Source of the DNA: a virus
Taxonomy: Duplodnaviria > Caudoviricetes
Reading direction: 5' to 3' (one strand)
Length of the DNA stretch: 64,000 nucleotides
Virus record (IMG/VR): IMGVR_UViG_3300031998_000042
Coordinates: 29,158 to 93,157 of that record
Shown here: in pieces, positions 1-10,309 of the stretch
Numbering within the stretch: position 1 is the first letter of the stretch
Layout of the letters: each line of letters starts with the position of its first letter
Made by a program: the position numbers and the translations under genes
Notes under the pieces: generated by a model
What the model saw: the letters and a program-made list of their open reading frames with translations, nothing else
Database searches by the model: none
Told to the model about the DNA's origin: nothing

Positions 1-677
1 TGTACGAAGATACTACAGTTTTAAAAACTTTGGATGCAACTTATTTTGAATCTCATACAAGTGAGGGTAGATATTTGGTTGTAGATAGTGCTGTTTATAG
101 TAATTTTGAGTTTGAAAATAAAAACCATTATAATGGTCTTGTTTCTCTCAAAGAAACTTTGGCGGATTATCTTTTCCTTGTAGATTTTTCTATAGATTAT
201 GTAGATGCTGCTACTGGTCTTGGTACTACTATTGAATATTTGAACAATTTTAAGTCTAATTTGTTCCCTATTCGTCTTATAGATGATGCTTATTTAGCAG
301 ATACTTTGAACGATTTTATTCTTCGACCTAGACTTCGTAGTCCTATTGCCATTATTGTAAATAACAATTTACAAATTTACTTAGGTAAACTTAATGGTAA
401 TGAAACTACTGGTTATTTCTTAGATAATAATCTTGTACCAAATGTAGTTCGTATATCTTATATTGCTAAACCAGCAGTTGTTAAGTATAGCGAAGATATT
501 AATGGTCAAAATGTAGATTGTGACTTACCTGATTATATGCACGTTGATATTCTTAAACATGCTGTTGACTTGTATCGAGCAGCAGTTAGTGGAGGTATTG
601 CTGCATCACAGGCTAGTGAACAAGCTCAACAAAGAGAAGATGTAAGAAATAATTATAGGAACGAAGGTTATCAATAA
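1..677 (+). CDS. Tail/neck ring (connector-type) protein, 5'-truncated by window edge
   Basis: Frame is open from position 3. C-terminal 'ISYIAKP...DCDLPDYMHVDILKHAVDLY' resembles P22 gp4-like adaptor/ring proteins; lies just before the auxiliary capsid gene as in crAss-like synteny. Confidence 0.6.
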   Translation, partial: YEDTTVLKTLDATYFESHTSEGRYLVVDSAVYSNFEFENKNHYNGLVSLKETLADYLFLVDFSIDYVDAATGLGTTIEYLNNFKSNLFPIRLIDDAYLADTLNDFILRPRLRSPIAIIVNNNLQIYLGKLNGNETTGYFLDNNLVPNVVRISYIAKPAVVKYSEDINGQNVDCDLPDYMHVDILKHAVDLYRAAVSGGIAASQASEQAQQREDVRNNYRNEGYQ

Positions 678-700
678 ACAATATTAAATTTATATAAATT

Positions 701-1738
701 ATGAAACAACTTTTAATCGTTAATAGTACTAAAGCACTTAATGCTGGTTCTTCTGTTACCGCTTATGATTTCAGCGGTTTGGATGCTGGTGCTATTTCTT
801 TCTTTGAATGTGGTGGAGATAAAGCAGGTAGTTCATTGCTTGCTGCTGCACCTACAAAGAATTTTGGTATTGTGCTTGGTCGTGGTGCTGGTAAGGCTCC
901 ATTTATGATTCCTGAGGTAGATATTTCTACTCTTGAAATCACTCATACCCTTCCATATGCGGGTGCTACATTTGCAACTACATTTGTGTTCCCAACTCCT
1001 GTTAAAGGTAAGGAATATACTGTAGTTCTTATTAAGAAGGGTACTGTTCTTAATGAACGTTCTACTTGGCGTACAAGTATTGTAGCAGGTTCTACTACAA
1101 CCAATACAGAAGCTGCAGCAATGCGTTCTGCAATTAATGCTAAGACAAATGATTTATTCCCATTTGTAGCTACAGGTTCTGGTGCTAATGTTACTATTAC
1201 TTGTCAGAATCCTGGTGAAGATTGGGAAATTAAGTTTGCAGATGAGCTTACAGGTACATCTACTTCTTCTCTTACACATGGTAAGAAAGCTATAGGTGAT
1301 AAGGCTTATATCCAAGATCTTGCATCTCGTTGTGCAGCAGGTAAAGGATTTAATCTTCTTGCAGAGGATGGAAAGGAGCTTTATCCTGGTTATCCAGAGG
1401 CTGTTGAAGATGACCTTGAAATGAATACTGCTGGTAGTGGTAGCTCTAGTACTAAGGGGTACAAGATTTTCAATCTTCATTTTGCTACTAAGCGTGATGC
1501 TGGAAAGCAGCTTAATGAGCGTGTTTGGCAGTATGTTCATATTGCTATTCCACTTACAAAAGCTGATGGTTCTACAGCATCTAGTGCTCTTTCTGGCTTG
1601 AATGCTATTCTTCCTGAAGGTAAGTTTAGTGACAATGCTACTAAGAATGCTGTTGCTGCTGCAGGTGCTACTACTACCGAACCTGGCACTGGTTTCCTTA
1701 CTAAAGAAGTAGCAGATACACTTTATGACCCACTTTAA
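701..1738 (+). CDS. Auxiliary capsid (decoration) protein
   Basis: 345 aa, Ala/Gly/Thr-rich, strongly biased (highly expressed-type) codons; position in crAss-like head module. Confidence 0.55.
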   Translation: MKQLLIVNSTKALNAGSSVTAYDFSGLDAGAISFFECGGDKAGSSLLAAAPTKNFGIVLGRGAGKAPFMIPEVDISTLEITHTLPYAGATFATTFVFPTPVKGKEYTVVLIKKGTVLNERSTWRTSIVAGSTTTNTEAAAMRSAINAKTNDLFPFVATGSGANVTITCQNPGEDWEIKFADELTGTSTSSLTHGKKAIGDKAYIQDLASRCAAGKGFNLLAEDGKELYPGYPEAVEDDLEMNTAGSGSSSTKGYKIFNLHFATKRDAGKQLNERVWQYVHIAIPLTKADGSTASSALSGLNAILPEGKFSDNATKNAVAAAGATTTEPGTGFLTKEVADTLYDPL

Positions 1739-1762
1739 TAAATAATTAATCTTCAACATTCT

Positions 1763-1772
1763 TCTACGGGGG
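1763..1772 (-). repeat. CCCCCGTAGA motif copy 1 (intergenic; inverted doublet with copy 2)
   Basis: ttcttctacgggggagc. Confidence 0.95.
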
Positions 1773-1791
1773 AGCTAATTTAAATAGTGCT

Positions 1792-1801
1792 TCCCCGTAG
1801 A
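1792..1801 (+). repeat. CCCCCGTAGA motif copy 2 (1 mismatch, TCCCCGTAGA)
   Basis: gcttccccgtagagaag. Confidence 0.85.
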
Positions 1802-1813
1802 GAAGTTAATAAT

Positions 1814-2437
1814 ATGAATGACTTTCAAGCAATTAATCAAATTATTGATGAGAGTATTCGTAATTCTTCTTATATAACTGTAGCAATATCAAGTGGAGTT
1901 TTTATATGTTATACTTTGATTGTTCAACTTATTAGTTTTTTCAAACAGAGGGATAAAAATAAACCTCTTATTGAAATGGCTACAGCTATAAAAGAAAATA
2001 CTGCAAACATTGTAAAGCTTAATGCAGTTTTAGATAAAATTTTTAAAGATGCTGAAAGAAAAGAAGCACATAAGTGTAAGAATACTATTGATTTAGGATT
2101 TAAAGCACTTGGTGCTAATATATCTCAAGAAATTGAATTAATTATAATTCATAATAATATTGAGAAAAATAGACAACTTATTCTAGATAATATAACTAAG
2201 TTAGTTTCTACAGAATATTATAAGTTGTATGCCATTCTTTCAGATTATGAAATAAACGAAACAAATGTTGCAAGAAGATTAAAAGAAGAATGGATTGATG
2301 AACTTACCAAAGCTATTATTGATATAGTATATGATGGACAAGATTCTATATCCCGAATTACTCAAATTAATAATAGAGTTGGAATATACATAAGTAAATA
2401 TTCTACTTATGTTTCAAATAAGACCTTTAACACATAA
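1814..2437 (+). CDS. Conserved crAss-like membrane-anchored protein (one N-terminal TM helix plus helical domain)
   Basis: ATG at 1814 after an AT-rich leader is preferred over the GTG at 1787; hydrophobic segment YITVAISSGVFICYTLIVQLISFF. Confidence 0.7.
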   Translation: MNDFQAINQIIDESIRNSSYITVAISSGVFICYTLIVQLISFFKQRDKNKPLIEMATAIKENTANIVKLNAVLDKIFKDAERKEAHKCKNTIDLGFKALGANISQEIELIIIHNNIEKNRQLILDNITKLVSTEYYKLYAILSDYEINETNVARRLKEEWIDELTKAIIDIVYDGQDSISRITQINNRVGIYISKYSTYVSNKTFNT

Positions 2438-2442
2438 CGTTT

Positions 2443-2679
2443 ATGTTGTATAAGTCAATAAATAAGTCAGCAATGCTTGACATTCTAGATGATAGAATGT
2501 TGGGCATTGCTGATTGTATTACAGTTCTATTTGAAGAAGGTTATATTCCAAACAAAAACAAAATAACTATTTTGGATTATACTTCTATTCTTATAGATGC
2601 TTACGAGAATATAGATGTTCTTTCTAAGGAACAACAAGATAAGTTAGATAGTCTGTATAATAAAGTTTTAAAACTATGA
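2443..2679 (+). CDS. Small structural protein (tail hub-like)
   Basis: 78-aa ORF packed tightly between neighbours; function from synteny only. Confidence 0.5.
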   Translation: MLYKSINKSAMLDILDDRMLGIADCITVLFEEGYIPNKNKITILDYTSILIDAYENIDVLSKEQQDKLDSLYNKVLKL

Positions 2680-3413
2680 GCAAACTTAAAGAAGTAGAAC
2701 TAGAATATGTATATGTTACAATTCCTGCTGACTATATTTGTGTATATCATCGTATTTTAGCAATGCTTGCTGATTATGGTGAAGAAATGCTCAAAGATTG
2801 TAAAGCATCTTGTACAGACAGAAATTCTAGTGTCATTGAATGTTATAATATGTTTAATGCTGCAGTTGCTGCTAGGAAACTTGGAAAAGAAAAACTTGCA
2901 GAAACTCTTATTAGGTATATTAAAGCTAAGATTAATCAAATATATCAAGGTCACGATAATTCAACTTCATTTATATTTCCTGTTGATGAAGATGGTCATA
3001 TTCAGGCACTTGTTTCTTGTGGTGAAAGACCTAAGTTTGAAATTGACCCTGATAATGGTGAATTATTTGAGCATAAATTTAATAATGGTTTTGATGAACA
3101 TTTCAGGTTAGGTCCAGAAGATAATAGTGCTCCAGATGGCACCCCCGTAGAAGAAAGTGGATTGGAAGTCCTCATTATTCCTACATATCATTATGGATTA
3201 CCTTGTGCTGATATTTATGCCAAATATAATGGAATTGAGATAGATATTAAAGAAACTACTTGTAGTCTTTATTTTGACGATGAACCTATTAATAGTTTTA
3301 CAGAAATAGATGATTTACAGGTTGGTGATCATAAATTTACAGTAGTTATTCAATATAATGGGGAAACTGCTGTTGATACAAAAGAATTATATTATGGAGG
3401 CAGTCAAGACTAA
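2676..3413 (+). CDS. Putative tail hub / fibre-attachment protein
   Basis: 245 aa; helical Cys-containing N-terminus (CKASC) and acidic Ig-like C-terminus; overlaps previous stop (ATGA). Confidence 0.5.
   Translation: MSKLKEVELEYVYVTIPADYICVYHRILAMLADYGEEMLKDCKASCTDRNSSVIECYNMFNAAVAARKLGKEKLAETLIRYIKAKINQIYQGHDNSTSFIFPVDEDGHIQALVSCGERPKFEIDPDNGELFEHKFNNGFDEHFRLGPEDNSAPDGTPVEESGLEVLIIPTYHYGLPCADIYAKYNGIEIDIKETTCSLYFDDEPINSFTEIDDLQVGDHKFTVVIQYNGETAVDTKELYYGGSQD
3142..3151 (+). repeat. CCCCCGTAGA motif copy 3 (in CDS, encodes TPVEE)
   Basis: ggcacccccgtagaagaaag. Confidence 0.95.
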
Positions 3414-3915
3414 TTTAGGTAAAGTTTCCATTAGTGTTGAAAAAGACTATTGGAATATCGATAAAGAATATGATAGATTGGTTATTACCGAACGTGCAAC
3501 AGATGGTAATGTATATTTAAGTAGAAAACCAGTACCTGCTGGAACACCTATTACAAATCGAGAATATTGGATTTGCTTTGGTAGACCTACTAATTCTGTT
3601 GTAACAGTAGTAAATGAACTTGGTAATAATCCAGAAGTAGCAATTGCTCAACAAGTTGTAACTAAGCAATTAAAAGATATTAAAAAACGTATCGATAAAT
3701 CCCTTGAAGATTTATATGATGCGATTTCAATGCTTAATCCTGAACAACAAGAAGCAATTGGTATTGCGCAAGAAGTTGTTAATTTAAGAAATCAATTACA
3801 TGGATATTCTCTTCTTAGCTGTACAGAAGCTGAGTATAATCAAATGATTCTAGATGAGGAAATTGATGAAAATACTCTTTACTTCATTGAAGAGGAAGAA
3901 GAAGAGCCTGTATAA
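3394..3915 (+). CDS. Tail-fibre-associated protein
   Basis: ATG 3394 (MEAVKTNLGKV). 'YLSRKPVPAG..ITNREYW' fibre N-terminal module and C-terminal 'TEAEY....IDENTLYFI' motif typical of Bacteroidetes phage fibres. Confidence 0.65.
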   Translation: MEAVKTNLGKVSISVEKDYWNIDKEYDRLVITERATDGNVYLSRKPVPAGTPITNREYWICFGRPTNSVVTVVNELGNNPEVAIAQQVVTKQLKDIKKRIDKSLEDLYDAISMLNPEQQEAIGIAQEVVNLRNQLHGYSLLSCTEAEYNQMILDEEIDENTLYFIEEEEEEPV

Positions 3916-3927
3916 AAAGTAAGTATT

Positions 3928-4071
3928 ATGACAGGATTAAAAGATTGGTCTGCGGTTAAACTTGGTAGTAAGACTATATCTGCTGTTTATAGAGGACTTA
4001 CTTTAGTTTGGATTGCAGTTTCTAAATATTGGAGAAGAAAAGATATTTGGAAAAGAAAAGAATTATGGTAA
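3928..4071 (+). CDS. Small Trp-rich fibre-associated protein (47 aa, not in ORF track)
   Basis: MTGLKDWSAVKLGSKTISAVYRGLTLVWIAVSKYWRRKDIWKRKELW; fills the gap between genes. Confidence 0.65.
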   Translation: MTGLKDWSAVKLGSKTISAVYRGLTLVWIAVSKYWRRKDIWKRKELW

Positions 4072-4090
4072 TAATTAAAATTAAATAATT

Positions 4091-7000
4091 ATGGCTGAGA
4101 TTGTTGATGTTATCAATGAACCTTGGGAAGGTCATACCAAAGGTGAAGTGGAAGATGCTCTTAAAGAAAAACTTAAAGAGATTGGAACTACTGATGTATT
4201 TAATGTGGCTTTGAATGTGGTTGCACCTCCTGCTATATCGAAAGATAATAATGTACAAATACCTGTAAAAGGTACAAGTATTGTTATTCATCCTGGAGGT
4301 ATAGAAGAAGAAGTTGCCGAACCACTTACTATAGAAATTCAAACTAGGACATCTCTTGATAATCCTTGGATTACAAGACCTGTAACTAATATAACGGCTA
4401 ATGCGTCTACTTATAAAAATATAGATATTTCTTCTTATCTCTCAGAAGGAGAAAACTATGTAAGATTGAGAGGCGTAGGTGCTAATGCTAGTAGTATGTG
4501 GTATACATATACTATTCAAGTTGTTAATATGCAATTGTACTTTAATGATAATTTTGAAATTCCAGAAACTGGAAGTTATCTTACTCTTAATTATCTTATA
4601 GGTGGTGCTATTGCAAAAACCTTGTATATTGAAATTGGTACAGGTAAAGGTACACAATTCATATCTCAATATAGTACCGCTATTCAGTTAGGAGATTATG
4701 TTAATCTTACAACTGGTAGAGATTTTACATTTGATGCGGCTCCTGCTTCTGTTATGACTCCTGGTAGACATACTGTAAGAGCATATATGCAAGCAGATGG
4801 GGATAGTACAGTTAAAACAGATGTTGTTGAATCTCAATATATGGTTGCAGGTTCTTCTGACATGGTTATTATTAACAATGTCAATTCTGTTCTTGATAAC
4901 TATACAGATGTTAAATTCTTCGATTATGCTGTATTTACAACAGGAGAAACACTTGGTGTAATATTTAAACTTAAGGATAGTACATCTAATGAGGTTCTTA
5001 ATGCTTGGGAGTTTACTGCTAGAAATAATATTAAGTACAGTTTAACAACAGATTTATCTCTTGAGATTGAAGAAGATGTTAAATATGCTTATATGATTGC
5101 AGAAGATGAAAATGGTAATCAGTTGTCTGATAGAATTTATTTTACTATTAATAATGATGCTCAATTTGCACCTGTAAAAGGAGCAGAATTTATTCTTTCT
5201 CCTGCTAATAGAAGTAACGATGAAGAAAATCCTCAGACCATTATAAACGAAGCAAATGATGCTATAGTACCATCTACTTGGGTTAATTTTGATATGCAAA
5301 GTGATGGTTATATGGCTGTCAATAAAAATGTAGATGATACATCTGCTAGTGCAGAAAAAGTTAGAGCTTTACATATTCCTGCTAATAGGAAATTGACAAT
5401 TCAATATAATCCTCTTTCTCAATTTATCAATCCTAGTGGTTCTCCTACAGGTCTTACAGGTAAAAATATGACTCTTGAAATTGATTTTAGAGCATATAAT
5501 GTACTTGATGAAGAAGAAACTGTTATTAAATTGGGTACTACTCATCCTATCGATGGTGATATTTATGGCTTTGAGATGAAAGCTCTTGAAGCTGCTATGC
5601 TTACTAAAAATTCTAGAGTTAGAGATGATCAAAATGTTAGTTGGGCAGAAGGAGAAAGAACAAGAATTACTCTTAATATTCTTTATGGTCTTAATCCAGC
5701 ACATGACCCAGATAGACCTGTTAATTATAACTTTGTTCGTTTGTTTATTAATGATAAGATTGAAAGAGAATTTTTCTATGAAGCTAATGATAGTTTCCTT
5801 GCAGAAAGTGTAAATCTTGTTCTTGGTGCAGTTGGGTCAGACTTAGATATATTTAGTATTAGATGTTATCAAAAAGCTCTTTCTACAAATGAAGTAATGC
5901 AAGATTATGTATCTGGTCTTTCATCTTCAAATGAAAAAATTGCTTGGAAAAGAATAAATGACATTCTTGGAGATAATGATGTTATTTCTTTTGAAAAAGC
6001 AAAGAATGCTGGATATAATGTTATAGGTCATACAGGACATTTGCCAAAATATGGTGATCAAAACAAAGGTAAAACTAAAGGTATTAACGTCTACATTGGA
6101 ATAGCTGGTGATCCTAAGAGAAGTGGTACTCTTGTAAATGTTGAAGGTAGTGGTCAGGGTACAACTGCTATGACATATTATGATTGGAATCAACAGTATA
6201 AAATTGGTGATAGTACTACTTGGGTTCCAGATTCTCCACCAGAGCCAGGCGATGGTAGTAATTATAATTTTGGTGCAAACGGTTATGCTATTGCAATGGG
6301 TGAACCATTTGCAAAGAAACTTGTAGGTAAGATTAATTTTGCATCTTCTCAACAAGGTCATAAACTTGGTCTTACTTGGATTTATACAGACCTTTTCAAA
6401 GAACTTGTACGTAGAGGTAATATTAGTAATCCAGGTCAAATTGCAGCTCAATCAAATGCAAGAATTTCTGTATATGAAAAACCATTCCTTTTCTTCCATA
6501 GAGAAACTGAGAATGACCCTTGGGTATTTAGTTATCTTATGACATTTGGAGCAGGTAAAGGTGATAAACCTACTTTTGGCTTTAACAAAAATACTACTCC
6601 AAATATGCTTATGGTTGAAGGTGCAGATAACGATGTACCATTAGCATTATTTGCTACTCCTTGGGATAATAGTGTAACATATGATGCAGACAAAGAGGCT
6701 TGGATGTATGGTAATAGAAAGAATATCAATTTTGGTTTTGGTAAAACAACAGAAATTGATGGTGCCGAATATCCTGCTGAAACTGATGGATTAGATGCTA
6801 TTAAAGCATTTTGGAATTATGTTTATTTACACAATATATCTATCATTAAATTCTATGATGGTACATTAGAACAACTTCAAAATAATGTAGCTAGACCACA
6901 GCAAGATATTCAAGGTAATGCTGAACCTTCTACAGATTATGTTTATTGGCTAACAGATAGTGCTAATAGATATAATATGTATAAGTATAATGCTAATACT

Positions 7001-8470
7001 GCTCAATGGATTAATGCTGGATTAAATGGTGCAGAATTAAATATTAGAACATTATATGAAACCTATTGTGAAGAATTAGTTACAAGTCCTGCTACTTGGG
7101 TTGTTGGTCAATGGAATGAAATTGCAGAACTTATAAAGAGTATATTTACTGCACATTTTAGAGCAACAGCTTCTACAAAATTAGAAATAAATGATGCTTT
7201 ATATCATTCTTGTTTTGTTAAGCTTTTTGCAGGTACAGATAATAGAGCTAAAAATACTTATTACTATACTGATCCTGTTTCTCTTAAAATTAGATTTGAA
7301 CAAGATGACCTAGATACAACTATTAAAACTAATAACGTAGGTCAAAACAGAAAGCCTTATTATGTAGAGGAACACGATAAAGATGCAGCAGGTGCTTATT
7401 ATTGGCAAGGTGAAAATAATGGTTTCTATAATCTTATGGAAACTGCATTTAGTTCTGAGATGACAGAAATGATGAGGAGTATGTTTACTGCTATGGCTGC
7501 TATGAGTGGTAATGCTATGCAATTTATGATTGATTATGTTCTGTTTGCTCAAGATTATTTCCCTGCTGTAGCATTTAACGAAATGGCTAGAACTGTTTAT
7601 GAAACAGCTGCTGTTGCTCAGAATGATGGTATCTATGTAAACAATAATGCAAGAGCTATTACACAATGTAATGGTAGTCAAAGATGGAGTGAATATCAAT
7701 GGCTTCTTGATAGAATTATGTATCTTAGTTCTTGGTGTGAGTTTGGTGAATTTGCTGGTACAAGTGATGCTCCAAATGCTCTTGGATTTAGAGGTGCTGG
7801 TGCCACTCCAGGTAATCCAAATACATATGTGTTTGTTCTTACTCCTGCTAAATGGTTGTATCCTAGAATTAGTCAAGGTGAATCGAATCTTGATGCTTCT
7901 GCAAGTGCTAGACGTGTAAGAGTTCAAGCTGGTCAAACCTTCAATTATAAAAGTTTCCAATTAGCTAGTGATTCAGCTGTAGCAATAAAAGGTATTAATT
8001 ATTATCTTGAAATAGGTGATATGAATGTACCTCTTTCTGCTAGTCAAACAGAATTTGCATTTACTGGTAAGAAGCTTCAAAAAGTTACAATTAATCCAAC
8101 AGGAGAAGAAGATAATTTGTTTATAACCCAAAAGATAACAATAGATAATGCTATAAACATTAAAGAATTTATTGTTAGGGGTGTAAATACAATTAATAGT
8201 GCTGTAAATCTTTTTAAGTGCGTAAGACTTGAAAAAATTGATATTAGAGAAGGTAGTATTCCTTCTATTGATTTACCAAATTCTGCTGCACTTACGGAAA
8301 TTAGGTATCCTGCAAGAATTACAGATATTAACATTGTAGATAAGCCAAAACTTCAAACAGTTACTATTGATGGAACAGATTATCTACAAAATGTAACATC
8401 TAGAAGAACTTCTGATGCTGTATCTAAAGTAATTGTTAATATACTTCCAGATAGTTATAATAATAATTAG
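4091..8470 (+). CDS. Large virion protein with Ig-like, LamG/concanavalin-like, CotH-kinase-like and C-terminal LRR-like regions
   Basis: 'TLEIDFRAYNV' LamG-like strand; 'GTDNRAKNTYYY...RFEQDDLDT' CotH-like catalytic motifs; 'LFKCVRLEKIDI...IDLPNSAALTEI' LRR-like. Confidence 0.65.
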   Translation: MAEIVDVINEPWEGHTKGEVEDALKEKLKEIGTTDVFNVALNVVAPPAISKDNNVQIPVKGTSIVIHPGGIEEEVAEPLTIEIQTRTSLDNPWITRPVTNITANASTYKNIDISSYLSEGENYVRLRGVGANASSMWYTYTIQVVNMQLYFNDNFEIPETGSYLTLNYLIGGAIAKTLYIEIGTGKGTQFISQYSTAIQLGDYVNLTTGRDFTFDAAPASVMTPGRHTVRAYMQADGDSTVKTDVVESQYMVAGSSDMVIINNVNSVLDNYTDVKFFDYAVFTTGETLGVIFKLKDSTSNEVLNAWEFTARNNIKYSLTTDLSLEIEEDVKYAYMIAEDENGNQLSDRIYFTINNDAQFAPVKGAEFILSPANRSNDEENPQTIINEANDAIVPSTWVNFDMQSDGYMAVNKNVDDTSASAEKVRALHIPANRKLTIQYNPLSQFINPSGSPTGLTGKNMTLEIDFRAYNVLDEEETVIKLGTTHPIDGDIYGFEMKALEAAMLTKNSRVRDDQNVSWAEGERTRITLNILYGLNPAHDPDRPVNYNFVRLFINDKIEREFFYEANDSFLAESVNLVLGAVGSDLDIFSIRCYQKALSTNEVMQDYVSGLSSSNEKIAWKRINDILGDNDVISFEKAKNAGYNVIGHTGHLPKYGDQNKGKTKGINVYIGIAGDPKRSGTLVNVEGSGQGTTAMTYYDWNQQYKIGDSTTWVPDSPPEPGDGSNYNFGANGYAIAMGEPFAKKLVGKINFASSQQGHKLGLTWIYTDLFKELVRRGNISNPGQIAAQSNARISVYEKPFLFFHRETENDPWVFSYLMTFGAGKGDKPTFGFNKNTTPNMLMVEGADNDVPLALFATPWDNSVTYDADKEAWMYGNRKNINFGFGKTTEIDGAEYPAETDGLDAIKAFWNYVYLHNISIIKFYDGTLEQLQNNVARPQQDIQGNAEPSTDYVYWLTDSANRYNMYKYNANTAQWINAGLNGAELNIRTLYETYCEELVTSPATWVVGQWNEIAELIKSIFTAHFRATASTKLEINDALYHSCFVKLFAGTDNRAKNTYYYTDPVSLKIRFEQDDLDTTIKTNNVGQNRKPYYVEEHDKDAAGAYYWQGENNGFYNLMETAFSSEMTEMMRSMFTAMAAMSGNAMQFMIDYVLFAQDYFPAVAFNEMARTVYETAAVAQNDGIYVNNNARAITQCNGSQRWSEYQWLLDRIMYLSSWCEFGEFAGTSDAPNALGFRGAGATPGNPNTYVFVLTPAKWLYPRISQGESNLDASASARRVRVQAGQTFNYKSFQLASDSAVAIKGINYYLEIGDMNVPLSASQTEFAFTGKKLQKVTINPTGEEDNLFITQKITIDNAINIKEFIVRGVNTINSAVNLFKCVRLEKIDIREGSIPSIDLPNSAALTEIRYPARITDINIVDKPKLQTVTIDGTDYLQNVTSRRTSDAVSKVIVNILPDSYNNN

Positions 8471-8476
8471 TGAATT

Positions 8477-10309
8477 ATGAGCGTTAATAATCTTAGAAAT
8501 TATAATTGGGAACAGGGCACTCAGGCTAGCCCTGTTCTCCTTACTGGAGCAGAGTTTAATAAACTTACTGCTCTTATAGAGGAATCAAATAGAGTAGGTA
8601 GTAATATAAATGCTGATATTAGAGGTTGGGTACAAGTAGGACAAAGCATTACTAGTTATCAGAAATATCTTGCTGAATTAGCAAAGGATGGTCAAGGTAA
8701 TCCTCTGCTTCATGTTGTTAATACACAAGTAGACCCAGTTTCATATACTGTTATTCCACAATCGAATAGCATTAAAGAAGGTGATAGTACTAAACTTAAC
8801 ATTAATGGTATTTCTTTATCAGCATTAAAGTTTAGAATTACTAATCATACAGTTCAAAGTTTAGATTATCAAGCTAGAACTACAATTGATACACAATTAG
8901 GATATGTTAGAGTTGCTCCTGCACAAGAAAATGTTACTTGGACAGATGTTGTAACTATTCAATGTTGTCCGCTTTGGGAAGAATGGACTGACCCTAATGC
9001 TTCTATTGTAGAATTTGATATTACAGTAAATGCTGTAGCAGTTACTTCTGTTACAATTACAGCATCACAATATGTTAGACCTACAGAAACATTTTATCCT
9101 ATTGTTAATTTTCTTCCTGTAAATCATACCAAGCCTATAGTAAACACATTAGAAGATGCTGGAGCTAAAAGAGGTATTTGTTTTGTACCTACTAGCGATG
9201 ATTTTGCAGTAGGTAAAACAACAGACCCAACTAAAATGTCTGCTATTGCACCAAGTACTGAAACACCAGTTGGTGATACTTGGAGTTTAGGTTGTGGAGT
9301 TTATGCTTTCACTAGTGAACAAACTATGGCTACTCCTAGTGTAAATGTAACAGTTAAATATGCATATATCCAATTTAATGTTACAACAGATGGTACATTA
9401 AGTGACATTAGTAGTGCAAAACCTTCAATTACTCTTCAGAAAGTAGATAGTGAAGAACATGATATTGGTAATCCAATTGTATTGGATTACGATACTTATG
9501 CTGTGGTATCAGGTTCTACTATAATTTATACTTATGGAGGAGGAGCAGTTGCAGGCGATGGAACAGAAACTTATAAATGTACATTTGGTGTAGCTCCAGC
9601 AGGATATAGGAATATAGATGATATTATAATAATTCCAAATCAAGTAGTTACTGAAGTATCTGTTCAATATGCTGTTGATAGACCTGATATATATCAAGTA
9701 TATTCAGATAGTTACGAGCCATTACAAAATGTTATAGATAGAGGCGGCTTTATTCAAGGAAAAACAAGAATAGGCATTGCAATAATTACTCCAGATGTTC
9801 GTTTTATTTTAGCAATTAGAGATGGAGAAAATGTTCAAGGTACTATTGCTAATGATGGAACTGAAAGAACTACAACTTCAAGAACTATTACATCATCTCA
9901 ATTGGAGGCAATAGAAGATTTAGAGGGAAATACTAATAGTCAAGCATATTTAACAGATTTTACTAATAATCCAGGCACTGGCGCCACTCCTGCTTTTGTT
10001 ACACTTATGGGTAAAACAATAACCTATAAAGGTACAACCTATAATGGACATTTATTATCTCTTGGTGAACTTAAAATTTTATATGATAATTTTACACTAA
10101 TAGATAATGTTATAAAAAATTATTATGGAATGCCTAATAATTATTGGTATACAGGAGGTAATACAGGTAATAAAACAATTTCATCAACAGGTTATAATTC
10201 TACTAAATTTTGGGTTGTTAAAGTTAATGGAAACTGGACAGAAATTGGTAATCTTTCTCAAAATACTACGAATTTCCTATATACAGCGTATAAAATAACA
10301 TCATTATGA
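8477..10309 (+). CDS. Receptor-binding fibre protein with Ig-like repeats and C-terminal C-type-lectin-like domain
   Basis: Thr/Val-rich beta repeats; C-terminal 'GHLLSLGELKILY...NYWY...SST....FWVV' resembles DUF1566/Lcl CLec domains. Confidence 0.55.
   Translation: MSVNNLRNYNWEQGTQASPVLLTGAEFNKLTALIEESNRVGSNINADIRGWVQVGQSITSYQKYLAELAKDGQGNPLLHVVNTQVDPVSYTVIPQSNSIKEGDSTKLNINGISLSALKFRITNHTVQSLDYQARTTIDTQLGYVRVAPAQENVTWTDVVTIQCCPLWEEWTDPNASIVEFDITVNAVAVTSVTITASQYVRPTETFYPIVNFLPVNHTKPIVNTLEDAGAKRGICFVPTSDDFAVGKTTDPTKMSAIAPSTETPVGDTWSLGCGVYAFTSEQTMATPSVNVTVKYAYIQFNVTTDGTLSDISSAKPSITLQKVDSEEHDIGNPIVLDYDTYAVVSGSTIIYTYGGGAVAGDGTETYKCTFGVAPAGYRNIDDIIIIPNQVVTEVSVQYAVDRPDIYQVYSDSYEPLQNVIDRGGFIQGKTRIGIAIITPDVRFILAIRDGENVQGTIANDGTERTTTSRTITSSQLEAIEDLEGNTNSQAYLTDFTNNPGTGATPAFVTLMGKTITYKGTTYNGHLLSLGELKILYDNFTLIDNVIKNYYGMPNNYWYTGGNTGNKTISSTGYNSTKFWVVKVNGNWTEIGNLSQNTTNFLYTAYKITSL

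Noticed and set aside
9990-10309. Diversity-generating retroelement target (CLec-like C-terminus)
   Set aside because: No template repeat or reverse transcriptase seen in this window; cannot be excluded elsewhere in the genome.
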